Source of the DNA: a virus
Taxonomy: Duplodnaviria; Heunggongvirae; Uroviricota; Caudoviricetes
Reading direction: 5' to 3' (one strand)
Virus record (IMG/VR): IMGVR_UViG_3300042486_001111
DNA: 41,891 nt
The position numbers and the translations under genes are program-made. Below, in pieces: positions 27,887-36,471 of the stretch; the stretch's first letter is position 1, and the number at the start of each line of letters is the position of its first letter. Below the pieces are notes generated by a model. That model made no database searches, was not told the origin of the DNA, and was given only the letters and a program-made list of their open reading frames with translations.

Positions 27887-29302
27887 TTATTCCTCTTTAC
27901 GGTAAGCAGGGAATTTAATCTCAAAACGTCTATCTGGTCTAGTTTCTTCATTACTGTAAGGACTTTTAACATTCTGTGGTACACCGTCTTTTATTTTTGT
28001 CTCAGGTTGATTCCAAACTAACCCACTCCATTGGTTTGTTTCACCTTTACCTACTGCAACAAAATTCACATCTTTAAATGCACCATTCGCAATTGTTTTT
28101 AGGTATTCTACTACTGCTTTTGCTCTAGCCTCACTTAAACATTGATTGTATTTTACTCTCGGACCTTTACCCAAACCGTATTTAGAACAACCCGCGTAAC
28201 GACCACCATCAGGGAAATTGGATAACGCATCTATAGAAGCATATGCATTAACTACAATAGTTTTATCTTCTAAAAATTCTAAATACTCTTCTTTTCTATA
28301 TTGTGGGATAGGATTCCATATTTTAACAATGTTCTCATCAATTATATCTTTCGCTTCTTGAGTTAATACTGCCTCATCAATTGGAAAGTTTTTAATCGCT
28401 TCTACTGCAAAATCAAAAACAATTTCACCATCTTTACATCTTTCTGGTAACGGGCTACCGCACTCATATGTAATCTGTTCACCTGTTTCTACATCATTAC
28501 AAAAACATTTTGTTGGTTCTGGATCAGTTTTATTTGGATCGGGCTCACCCCAACTTTTAGGTATATCTGCACCGTTTATTTGAATTTTAGTAAGTTTAAC
28601 CTTAAAAGATGATTCTATCTCACCATAAAGATTATCATTTAGTTTAATGAAAAACCTTCTATTAAATGATAGTAATGTAATATCCTCCAGTTTAACTAAT
28701 TTGGCACCATTAACACTTTGTTTAATAGTCCTTTTTAAGTCCCTCTTATTACCAATCACCATCATTTTGAATGATATTGGCGTAGAACCTTCAGGTATTA
28801 ATCTCATTTTTATAGTTTCATTATCTATTTGATTTTTAATCGAATCATATCTATCATATAATAATCTAAAACATCTATCCTTTAAAAGTTCTTCCCTAAC
28901 TAAAGATACTGAAATATCGGTTGAGAATGGGATATATCTATCAGTTACTTTAAACATATATACACCCTTACTAGTTTTTGATAATGGTAACTCAACGTCA
29001 CCTATTTTGAAAAATATATTTTCTGGTCCAGTTGCAACTACCTTAACTTTTATCTGAGGTTCTATAACATTTAATTGTTTTTCTAATAAATCATTTAACT
29101 GATTACTCATTTGGAATGACACCTCAGGTGGTCCACCATATACTCTATCACACTCTCCCTCTTCAGGATCAGTATTTTTTCCTTCAGTACTCTTATTAAA
29201 ATTTTCTTCAGATAGTGAATCATGAGAATTTTCATTAATGTTAAATGACATTAATTTTCTCATTTTTTGTATTTCTTCGTTAAGGGTTTGAACTTTTTTC
29301 AT
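27887..29302 (-). CDS. Protein with leader TLNEEIQKMRKLM and C-terminal OmpA_C-like peptidoglycan-binding domain
   Basis: YASID...NQCLSEARAKAVVEYL...VGKGET...DRRFEI is the OmpA_C signature. Confidence 0.85.
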   Translation of the reverse strand: MKKVQTLNEEIQKMRKLMSFNINENSHDSLSEENFNKSTEGKNTDPEEGECDRVYGGPPEVSFQMSNQLNDLLEKQLNVIEPQIKVKVVATGPENIFFKIGDVELPLSKTSKGVYMFKVTDRYIPFSTDISVSLVREELLKDRCFRLLYDRYDSIKNQIDNETIKMRLIPEGSTPISFKMMVIGNKRDLKRTIKQSVNGAKLVKLEDITLLSFNRRFFIKLNDNLYGEIESSFKVKLTKIQINGADIPKSWGEPDPNKTDPEPTKCFCNDVETGEQITYECGSPLPERCKDGEIVFDFAVEAIKNFPIDEAVLTQEAKDIIDENIVKIWNPIPQYRKEEYLEFLEDKTIVVNAYASIDALSNFPDGGRYAGCSKYGLGKGPRVKYNQCLSEARAKAVVEYLKTIANGAFKDVNFVAVGKGETNQWSGLVWNQPETKIKDGVPQNVKSPYSNEETRPDRRFEIKFPAYRKEE

Positions 29303-29310
29303 AAAATAAA

Positions 29311-29475
29311 TTATCTTCTTCTATTTCTATTTTCTGACAATCTTTTAGATTCTCTTTGTCTTAAAGATTCAGTAACTTGCGCTCTTTTTTCTCTTTTTAC
29401 TTCATTAACAATTCTTTCTACTAAGTTAATCATTTCTGATTCAGTCAATCTAATCACTTTTTTTTCTCTTCTCAT
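29311..29475 (-). CDS. 54-aa basic micro-protein absent from the ORF track (MRREKKVIRLTESEMINLVERIVNE...SENRNRRR)
   Basis: Manual translation ATG 29475 to TAA 29311; carries the shared leader; ATATTTAT at 29509-29516. Confidence 0.75.
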   Translation of the reverse strand: MRREKKVIRLTESEMINLVERIVNEVKREKRAQVTESLRQRESKRLSENRNRRR

Positions 29476-29536
29476 TTTTTTAAGTTTTTTATTCTTTTTA
29501 TTCTTATTATAAATATATTAAATTTTATAAAAATTT

Positions 29537-31183
29537 TTATCTAAATGTAATTGTTCCACCTACTTCATCCACTAAACTTTGGAATTCTTTTGCATTATCA
29601 GGTGATAAGTTATTTACCACATCAGAGTTCACACCAAAACGAATAAATGTTTCGTCCTCTATCATTTTTGTTAATACAGGTACATTAATTTCTTTTATAG
29701 GATTGTTTAATAATGTGATCATGAAACATTCTTTTAATGTTTCATAACCATCTAAAGGTGCCTTAGTAATTTGGTTGTCATTGAAACTAAGTACGTTAAT
29801 CATTCTACCACCATCAGGTAAGATATTCACAGATGGTAACTCAGTTAAATTACAATTATTTGCAGTAATTCTATCTACCTTGTGGAATTTAGACATATTT
29901 GGCAATTTACCTAAATTCATATTAGAAAAGTCTAAAGATTCTGTAACCTCAGGATCTAAATAATCCAATATCTCCACATTCTCAGTATTTTCCATCAACC
30001 ACTTCAAATATTTGTTTTGTTGTAAAGGAACTTTTTGTTGTGAAGCCAATTTTTTAATGTTATCAACACCTTTTTGGTAAACTTCACCAGAAATAACTTC
30101 CTCTGCCTTACCACCAAACATATTCATATATTTAATGTATGCACTATCCATAAGTCCTGTACCTTTAACTACATCCATCTCAACTAACTTACCCAATTCC
30201 TTTTTAAAGAAATCCTTTAATCCTGGAAATCTACTTAGAACTTCACTAAGTTTAGAACTTCTTTCTATTGACTGGTTGTTTTTATCGTGTAACTGATTAG
30301 ATTCAAAGTGGAATTGTAATGGATACATACCACCCTCATCATCTCCTGAGAATAAAGCTTTAGGCATAATTACATAATAATCCGATAATGTACCGTCAGG
30401 TTTAGGGTTATTTCTTCTGTAAGAATCAAAATAACTATTACCCTCTCTTCTAGTACACCATGAGGCTAAAGGACCTAAAGGATCACAACTAGACTCAATA
30501 GTCTGTGGTGAATATACTAAAACACCATTATCTCTATAAACTAATTTCGCCTCACCAAGATCAACATATTTTTTTAATTTTTTCCAAAGAGGACTTTCAC
30601 CATCTTCACTATCATCATCTGATGATCCAATAAACGGACTCACTACCGAATAAAGATGTGCCAAATCATTATATTGATTTATGTCTGTAACATTTTGAGG
30701 TGCATTTGGTCTATTAGGTGCACTTCTCTTAAATACTTTTTTATCCTTAACACCATCAAAAATAGTTAAGAACTCATTTGCTTCAGGTAAATCTTCAGTC
30801 AAAAATCTAATCGCTTGTTCAATATCACCATCCGCAATATGTCTTAAGAAAACTTGAATCATCCATTGAACATATTGTTTATTTCTTGATGGATCTGCCT
30901 CAACAATGTCATTAAATATTTCATCTGTTAATTTTACAGATTGTTTACCTTTATTATTTGTTACAATATAAGCAATGTCTACACCATCATGATTTTCTAT
31001 GGGTTCTACTTTAATTTTGTTAGGATCCATACCACCCTCAGGTCTCTTACTTTTTTTCTCTAACTTACCTTTAGTTAAGTCATCTAATAATTTGGGGTCA
31101 ATGACATTTTGAGTCTTCAAAAAGGCAACTCTATCTTCTTTTAATAAAATTCTATATTGATTTTCTGTTATAATGTACTTCAT
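29537..31183 (-). CDS. Leader-bearing protein with a central SWCT-motif domain and C-terminal leucine-rich repeats
   Basis: MKYIITENQYRILLKE leader; LASWCT..EGN.YF..Y; LRR-like LDFSNMNLGKLP, ITANNCNLTELP, LSFNDNQITKAP, ITLLNNPIKEI; ATATTTAT at 31198-31205. Confidence 0.75.
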   Translation of the reverse strand: MKYIITENQYRILLKEDRVAFLKTQNVIDPKLLDDLTKGKLEKKSKRPEGGMDPNKIKVEPIENHDGVDIAYIVTNNKGKQSVKLTDEIFNDIVEADPSRNKQYVQWMIQVFLRHIADGDIEQAIRFLTEDLPEANEFLTIFDGVKDKKVFKRSAPNRPNAPQNVTDINQYNDLAHLYSVVSPFIGSSDDDSEDGESPLWKKLKKYVDLGEAKLVYRDNGVLVYSPQTIESSCDPLGPLASWCTRREGNSYFDSYRRNNPKPDGTLSDYYVIMPKALFSGDDEGGMYPLQFHFESNQLHDKNNQSIERSSKLSEVLSRFPGLKDFFKKELGKLVEMDVVKGTGLMDSAYIKYMNMFGGKAEEVISGEVYQKGVDNIKKLASQQKVPLQQNKYLKWLMENTENVEILDYLDPEVTESLDFSNMNLGKLPNMSKFHKVDRITANNCNLTELPSVNILPDGGRMINVLSFNDNQITKAPLDGYETLKECFMITLLNNPIKEINVPVLTKMIEDETFIRFGVNSDVVNNLSPDNAKEFQSLVDEVGGTITFR

Positions 31184-31222
31184 TTTATTTTTTTATAATA
31201 AATATTAGTTTTTTTTAAAAAA

Positions 31223-32080
31223 TTATTTAATAGCGTCTGATCTAACCCATCCAGTTGTAAACCCATCTACTTTTTTATCTAAGGTTACTTGATACCATTG
31301 GTACCCATCATCATCGGTTTTAATTTTAGTTATCGTACCAATTTTATTCGGTGACATTATTTTAGCAACTCTATCACTTTCTCTATTAGCATCTTTTCTA
31401 ACATTTGCATATCCTTCAGATTCTTTAGGGTATACAGTACTACCTACTGAATGTGAACCCTTTTCTTCTTTTTTGGTGGTGGCACTTGTAGTACTTTTAA
31501 CATTACCATTAGTTTTTTTATAGGTTCCATTAATATAATCATGTATTCTTTTTGCGGATTGCTTTCTTATATTTATTGTCCCACCGCAGTCACCACATCT
31601 TTCGGATTTCGTAGCGAAACTTTCAGCCTTTGCTGGTATAGTGTCACTTTTCATCGCACTATTAAATTGGTTTATTTCAAATTTTGGAGAATCTTTAATA
31701 CCACTAGGTAAATTAGGTATTAATTCACCACCTACTTTATACCCATCTTTCAATTCTATCTTAATAAAATCTAATTGTAGTTTTTCACTATTTACATCTA
31801 CACCTCTATGAGATGCCAAAGAATTTAAAGCCTTTTTTCTATCACCTAACCATTGTAATAATCCAAATGCACCATTAGATCCCTCATTAGTCGAATCAAA
31901 CTGGGATTCTGCCCATATATTTCCTGCCATTGCACACGCAGCATCTAATCCAAAACCTCTATTTTGTAATTTAGTCACAATATCTTTGGCTTTATCTAAA
32001 TATTCGTCAGTAACTACCTCTTGTTTGGTTTCATACAATAAAACCTTTTTTAATTGTGTTTCCGTTATAATTATACGCAT
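31223..32080 (-). CDS. Phage tail lysozyme-like muramidase with C-terminal SH3b-like domain
   Basis: AACAMAGNIWAES (catalytic Glu) and GAFGLLQW; C-terminal ANVR...W..V...GWV.SD; leader MRIIITETQLKKVLLYE; ATATTTAT at 32097-32104. Confidence 0.85.
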   Translation of the reverse strand: MRIIITETQLKKVLLYETKQEVVTDEYLDKAKDIVTKLQNRGFGLDAACAMAGNIWAESQFDSTNEGSNGAFGLLQWLGDRKKALNSLASHRGVDVNSEKLQLDFIKIELKDGYKVGGELIPNLPSGIKDSPKFEINQFNSAMKSDTIPAKAESFATKSERCGDCGGTINIRKQSAKRIHDYINGTYKKTNGNVKSTTSATTKKEEKGSHSVGSTVYPKESEGYANVRKDANRESDRVAKIMSPNKIGTITKIKTDDDGYQWYQVTLDKKVDGFTTGWVRSDAIK

Positions 32081-32122
32081 TTTGTCTATTTATTATATAA
32101 ATATACGAATATATCATCTTTT

Positions 32123-32530
32123 ATGAAAAAACCAATTAAATATAAGAAAAAAATTACTAAAAAAACAGATTTGACTGAAGAAATAAAGAAAGAAATCAGA
32201 AAAATATGTAAAAAATACCCTAAAATCAAACAAAAAATCAAAAATATTAAAGATTTAGAAAAAAAACTGTATTATGCGATGGTTTGGGGGGTTACAGAGT
32301 CACAACCACTCCATATTTTAGAAAATTTTGATAAAAGAGGGTGGAAAAACCATCATTTGGATCATATTTACCCCATATCTATGGGTTTTAAAGAAAAAAT
32401 CCCACCAGAAAAGGTGGGAAATATCAAAAATTTAAGGTTTATACCCTATACGGAGAACTTAGATAAGGGATTTAAGGTTACAACTGAGTCTATGAACGCC
32501 CTAAGACGTATAAAAAGGTTGAGAAAGTGA
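32123..32530 (+). CDS. HNH-like nuclease with basic N-terminus
   Basis: HHLDHIYP...NL..I...EN..K beta-beta-alpha-Me pattern; ATG 32123 avoids overlap with the divergent gene. Confidence 0.65.
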   Translation: MKKPIKYKKKITKKTDLTEEIKKEIRKICKKYPKIKQKIKNIKDLEKKLYYAMVWGVTESQPLHILENFDKRGWKNHHLDHIYPISMGFKEKIPPEKVGNIKNLRFIPYTENLDKGFKVTTESMNALRRIKRLRK

Positions 32531-33313
32531 TTAATAGAACAAATTTTTAGTGAAAATGTAATAAAATGTATCTCCTAAGTAAATTTTATCCTTATTTTCA
32601 GTGACATAAGTTTTAATTACCTTATATAACCTTTCCTCACCAATAACATCTTTATAAAATTCACATAATTCATAGTTATCCCACCCTAAAGACTGTATTG
32701 GGTAATGCCAATATGATCTAAAGTAAGACTTTTCTCTATCTAAATCATCAAAAGTAACACCGTTTTCTTCTTGCCACTCTTCATCATCCATTTTTTCCTC
32801 TACAACCTCTACAATTTCGCCCCATAATTTATCTTTTAGGTCCTCATTCCAACGAGTACGTCCGTCACCTATTAATTTATCCCATACAAACTCAAAAAAT
32901 TTATCATCACAGGTAAATATTTCTTTATTAATGAAATAAAAGACATCATTTTCCGCAACAATGTGTATTCTAAACTTTTTTTCTGGTTCATTATAGTTAA
33001 GAATGTAATTAATTACATTTTCTGCGACATCTTTACTAGGTATACCCTCAATTAATGGGTTATCACTACCCAACATTCGATTGATTTCTATCCCAAATGC
33101 ACCATCCTCGTCCCCAAATGAGTCCTTAAGATGTTTAACATAACCCTCAAAGGACTTTGGGTATTCATTATCTGCGGATTCTTTACCTCTACGTTCTAAA
33201 TTATGATTATAAATTTCTTTATACTTAAATTTAATCACGCCTTCGGCAAACCTATCCATTAAACCTTTGGTAGATTCTTGTAAAATTCTCCTTATTTTAC
33301 TTTTTGTAACCAT
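32531..33313 (-). CDS. Hypothetical protein with leader KSKIRRILQE
   Basis: 260-aa ORF. Confidence 0.7.
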   Translation of the reverse strand: MVTKSKIRRILQESTKGLMDRFAEGVIKFKYKEIYNHNLERRGKESADNEYPKSFEGYVKHLKDSFGDEDGAFGIEINRMLGSDNPLIEGIPSKDVAENVINYILNYNEPEKKFRIHIVAENDVFYFINKEIFTCDDKFFEFVWDKLIGDGRTRWNEDLKDKLWGEIVEVVEEKMDDEEWQEENGVTFDDLDREKSYFRSYWHYPIQSLGWDNYELCEFYKDVIGEERLYKVIKTYVTENKDKIYLGDTFYYIFTKNLFY

Positions 33314-33317
33314 TTAA

Positions 33318-33551
33318 TTATTTCATCAATGATATGGCTTGTTGTACCAACACCTGTTTTTGAGATTCTAACAATTCAAGTTGTTTCTTTTGTTCTTTAT
33401 TTAGTTCAACACCAGCCGCCTCTGATTTAATGTCTGCGATTTGTCCGTCAAGTTTATCGTGTCTCAATAAAAGTGTGTGATACATCGTTGCTTTTTCTTC
33501 GTTATTCATAATTTTAATTTTTAAAACGTTATTATTATTTACCAAACCCAT
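33318..33551 (-). CDS. Small coiled-coil protein (start 33551 or 33509)
   Basis: Heptad pattern; ATATTTAT at 33575-33582. Confidence 0.65.
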   Translation of the reverse strand: MGLVNNNNVLKIKIMNNEEKATMYHTLLLRHDKLDGQIADIKSEAAGVELNKEQKKQLELLESQKQVLVQQAISLMK

Positions 33552-33601
33552 ATTAGGGTTTGTTTCTTTTTATTATAAATATCAAAAAATATAATAAAAA
33601 A

Positions 33602-33633
33602 TTTGGTGGATTCATTATTTCTTTTTACATTTG
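33602..33633 (+). promoter_or_regulatory. Bacteroidota-type primary sigma promoter
   Basis: TTTG (33602-33605), 20-nt spacer, TACATTTG (33626-33633). Confidence 0.75.
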
Positions 33634-33651
33634 TCCTATAAAACAACTGTT

Positions 33652-34146
33652 ATGAAAAATTTAATTTTGTTATTCGTATTAATAGTATTATCTGTTAACT
33701 CATATTCTCAGTGTTATACCTCTAAAAAAGAAGGTTGGGTAATAAGTGATGGTATTAACACAATTAATAATAAAGGGTTTGTAATTGATTCTCATTTCCC
33801 TAAAGAAGAAACTGTTAAAGGTAAAACTACTTTTAGAAAAGTTGATAATTTATCTAAAGACACCATATCGTCTGAAAAAAATGGTTCATACTTCTATTAT
33901 TTTGACTTTACTACTAAAGAATTGGATTTACATGATTGTAATGGTTCATTTAGAATTTATAATATAAGTAAAATCAAACATAAAGGTGATACATATTACA
34001 TCACAATTAAAGAATCAGGAAAAAAGATTAAGTTTAAAATTATTTTTCGTGATTACGTTGAATTTACTCAAATAAACTACTATAAAAAAGAAAAGTATAG
34101 TAATATATTGATTAATAAAAATTCCACCTATTACAGTAAGAAATAA
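33652..34146 (+). CDS. Secreted hypothetical protein
   Basis: Signal peptide MKNLILLFVLIVLSVNSYSQ; ATG lies downstream of the promoter. Confidence 0.75.
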   Translation: MKNLILLFVLIVLSVNSYSQCYTSKKEGWVISDGINTINNKGFVIDSHFPKEETVKGKTTFRKVDNLSKDTISSEKNGSYFYYFDFTTKELDLHDCNGSFRIYNISKIKHKGDTYYITIKESGKKIKFKIIFRDYVEFTQINYYKKEKYSNILINKNSTYYSKK

Positions 34147-34170
34147 ACCGAAGGTATTATCCTTCGGTTT
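34145..34170. terminator. Intrinsic terminator between convergent genes
   Basis: AAACCGAAGG-TATTAT-CCTTCGGTTT followed by TTT. Confidence 0.8.
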
Positions 34171-34333
34171 TTTGTGTTTCTTCAATACTTAACTGTCTAT
34201 CCCTTAAAGTCTGTATTTCTTTCAAGAATTCTTCTTGAAATGCCTTTTGATACTTCTGTTGTTCCGCCTTAATCCTTTGGCTTCTAGCCTTAGATTTTTC
34301 TTTTTGATTTTTTCTATGTTTACTTTTTGGCAT
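34157..34333 (-). CDS. 58-aa basic protein absent from the ORF track (MPKSKHRKNQKKKSKARSQRIK...)
   Basis: Manual translation ATG 34333 to TAA 34157; fills an otherwise empty gap. Confidence 0.65.
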   Translation of the reverse strand: MPKSKHRKNQKEKSKARSQRIKAEQQKYQKAFQEEFLKEIQTLRDRQLSIEETQKTEG

Positions 34334-34396
34334 AAATATATTTTTTTATTATATAATTATAATATTATTTTATTCATTTGTCAACTATTTATTAAT

Positions 34397-34798
34397 ATGA
34401 AATTGTTAGATATTATATCTGAAGACACACAAATACCATTTAAAAATAAATGTCTGATAACTATTACGAATAATAATGGTGAAGAAATTGACGTTGAGTG
34501 TGAAGTACCTAGTACTGAAGAAGAAAAAGTTACTGGTTTAATGTATAGAGACAATCTTTGTCAAAACTGTGGTATGTATTATGACTACGTTAGTAGTGGT
34601 TTTTGGATGAAGAACGTTAACTTCCCTATTGAGATGATTTTTGTGAACGGAGATACTATTGTAGATATTAAAAGTGCGTATCCTAATGACATATCAATTA
34701 TTAAACCTTCAGAATTTTCAGACGGTAATATAGAAGTAAATGAAGGATTTTGTGAGAATAATAATATCTCTATAGGTAATACTTTTTATAAGTCATAA
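34397..34798 (+). CDS. DUF192 domain protein with leader MKLLDIISE
   Basis: EEEKVTGLMYR..L...GM, FWMKNV.FP.EMIFV and IEVNEG motifs; CTATTTAT just upstream. Confidence 0.85.
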   Translation: MKLLDIISEDTQIPFKNKCLITITNNNGEEIDVECEVPSTEEEKVTGLMYRDNLCQNCGMYYDYVSSGFWMKNVNFPIEMIFVNGDTIVDIKSAYPNDISIIKPSEFSDGNIEVNEGFCENNNISIGNTFYKS

Positions 34799-35199
34799 AT
34801 TTCAGGATTCTCATCCCCAAATTGTCTAACTAATCTACCAGCCCTAGCATTCGCCTCATCTTCCCAAGGAGAACCTTTTTCACCTTCACCTTTGTTACCC
34901 CTTAAGTCACCCCTTACGTTTTGATTATGGTGTACCATTTCATGTGCAATTGATCTAATTATATCAGGTATTGCTCTATTCTTTTTAACTACGGTAATCT
35001 CTTTTCCTTCAATATCATAATTACCTAAAGTATCAACACTATCAGTATTGTCTGTTAAATTTATTTTGAAATCGTCACCTAATGATAATTCACTCTTACC
35101 AAATTCAATAAAATCTTCGACAATACCTTCGTTAATGTTATTTCTAACTATATTGGATACTTCTTCTTTTAATATACGTTTAATTAATTTTTTCATCAT
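34786..35199 (-). CDS. Small zincin-type metallopeptidase with leader MKKLIKRILKE
   Basis: IAHEMVHHNQ (HExxH) plus downstream WEDEAN. Confidence 0.75.
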   Translation of the reverse strand: MMKKLIKRILKEEVSNIVRNNINEGIVEDFIEFGKSELSLGDDFKINLTDNTDSVDTLGNYDIEGKEITVVKKNRAIPDIIRSIAHEMVHHNQNVRGDLRGNKGEGEKGSPWEDEANARAGRLVRQFGDENPEIYDL

Positions 35200-35621
35200 T
35201 CACCATCTTTTATTCTCTCAAACTCATCTAATCCAACGATTAAATTTAATTTTCTACCATTTTGCCAATCAACTATTAAGTGATCTTCATTAAAAGTACT
35301 TACAGTTTGTATTTCTCTTACAATACCTATTGTATTTGGCCGTATTGGTTGTGGATCGTCTTCCATTTTAATTAAACGTATAGTATCTCCAGGTATCGCA
35401 TATTTACCATCACCATAATTTTGTCTACACCAACCTTTTAAAATATCATAAAATTCAACACTATTTTGATCAACACCATAACGATTAATTAAATCATCTG
35501 AAATAGAAGTATTAGCGATAAACATAATATCTCTAAAAAAATTAAAATTATAATTAGGTAATGTATTTTTATTATAATCTTTATTTAAAAAATTTAATAC
35601 TTTACTTTGAAATGGTGTCAT
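35196..35621 (-). CDS. Protein with C-terminal DUF4314-like domain
   Basis: GDTIRLIKMEDDPQPI.P...G.V...D...V.W.NG..LNLI.G.DEF pattern. Confidence 0.75.
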   Translation of the reverse strand: MTPFQSKVLNFLNKDYNKNTLPNYNFNFFRDIMFIANTSISDDLINRYGVDQNSVEFYDILKGWCRQNYGDGKYAIPGDTIRLIKMEDDPQPIRPNTIGIVREIQTVSTFNEDHLIVDWQNGRKLNLIVGLDEFERIKDGE

Positions 35622-35622
35622 A

Positions 35623-36459
35623 CTATGGGTTTTCTACTTTAACTTCACCATCTGTAATTCTTTTTTTAGGATTAGAATATGGCATACCCTCTCCGTCTTC
35701 TATTTCGATTTCTGGATACATATTTAAAAGATTCTCGATAGTCTTTTGTATCATAGTTAATTTTTTATGTTCTACGTCCATCCCACCATTTTTAGTAAAT
35801 CTTAAGGCTGGTGCGATAGTACCTTCATTAAGTTCTAATAATCTAGTAATAACGTAAAGCCAAGCTGTTGGTTCATGTACTGCAACTCTTTCAAAAATTT
35901 CTGAAGTATCTATGGACACATTTTTAAGGTTAGTAGTATATTCTTCTTTTGCAGCAAGATAATCACGCTCTACCTTTTTATATGTTTCTTTCATTTTCGA
36001 AATGTCTAAATCATTTTGTATAGAAGTTAAAACTAAGTTATTTTCATACTTCATTTCCCCCAATATACCCTTTCTACTAATATCTTCGGGAGAATCGTCA
36101 ATATTATTTAATGATATTTCAAAAACTTTAGTTGCGAAATTTTGTGTGGATGAATTATAAAGTTTACCTAATATAAAAAAATTTGTTTCAGGTTCTTTTA
36201 TACCTTCTGATAAATAGACATTACTATACCACAATTCATGATACCTTTGATATTCTTTACTGTATACTAAATCGTCTATATTAAATTCCACTAATCCTTT
36301 AGAGTCGGGAACTGATTTTAACTCTGATATAATGTTACTAGTATATGTAATACCTTTCATGTCTCTGAAAGTGACATAAAATTTACCATACATCACTATC
36401 TCCTCTAAACCACCTATTTCATATGTGTCTTGTAAATTAAATGATATGCTATTTGTCAT
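35623..36459 (-). CDS. Hypothetical protein (278 aa)
   Basis: Long ORF in operon-like run. Confidence 0.7.
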   Translation of the reverse strand: MTNSISFNLQDTYEIGGLEEIVMYGKFYVTFRDMKGITYTSNIISELKSVPDSKGLVEFNIDDLVYSKEYQRYHELWYSNVYLSEGIKEPETNFFILGKLYNSSTQNFATKVFEISLNNIDDSPEDISRKGILGEMKYENNLVLTSIQNDLDISKMKETYKKVERDYLAAKEEYTTNLKNVSIDTSEIFERVAVHEPTAWLYVITRLLELNEGTIAPALRFTKNGGMDVEHKKLTMIQKTIENLLNMYPEIEIEDGEGMPYSNPKKRITDGEVKVENP

Positions 36460-36471
36460 AATTTATTTTTT

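Noticed and set aside
33543-33562. 7-bp hairpin enclosing the ATG at 33551
   Set aside because: No U-tail, the true start is uncertain, and there is no supporting second instance.
34235-34396. Hydrophobic N-terminal extension of DUF192 suggested by the ORF track
   Set aside because: Overlaps the 58-aa minus-strand gene; ATG 34397 has a late-like motif and a leader and is the better start.
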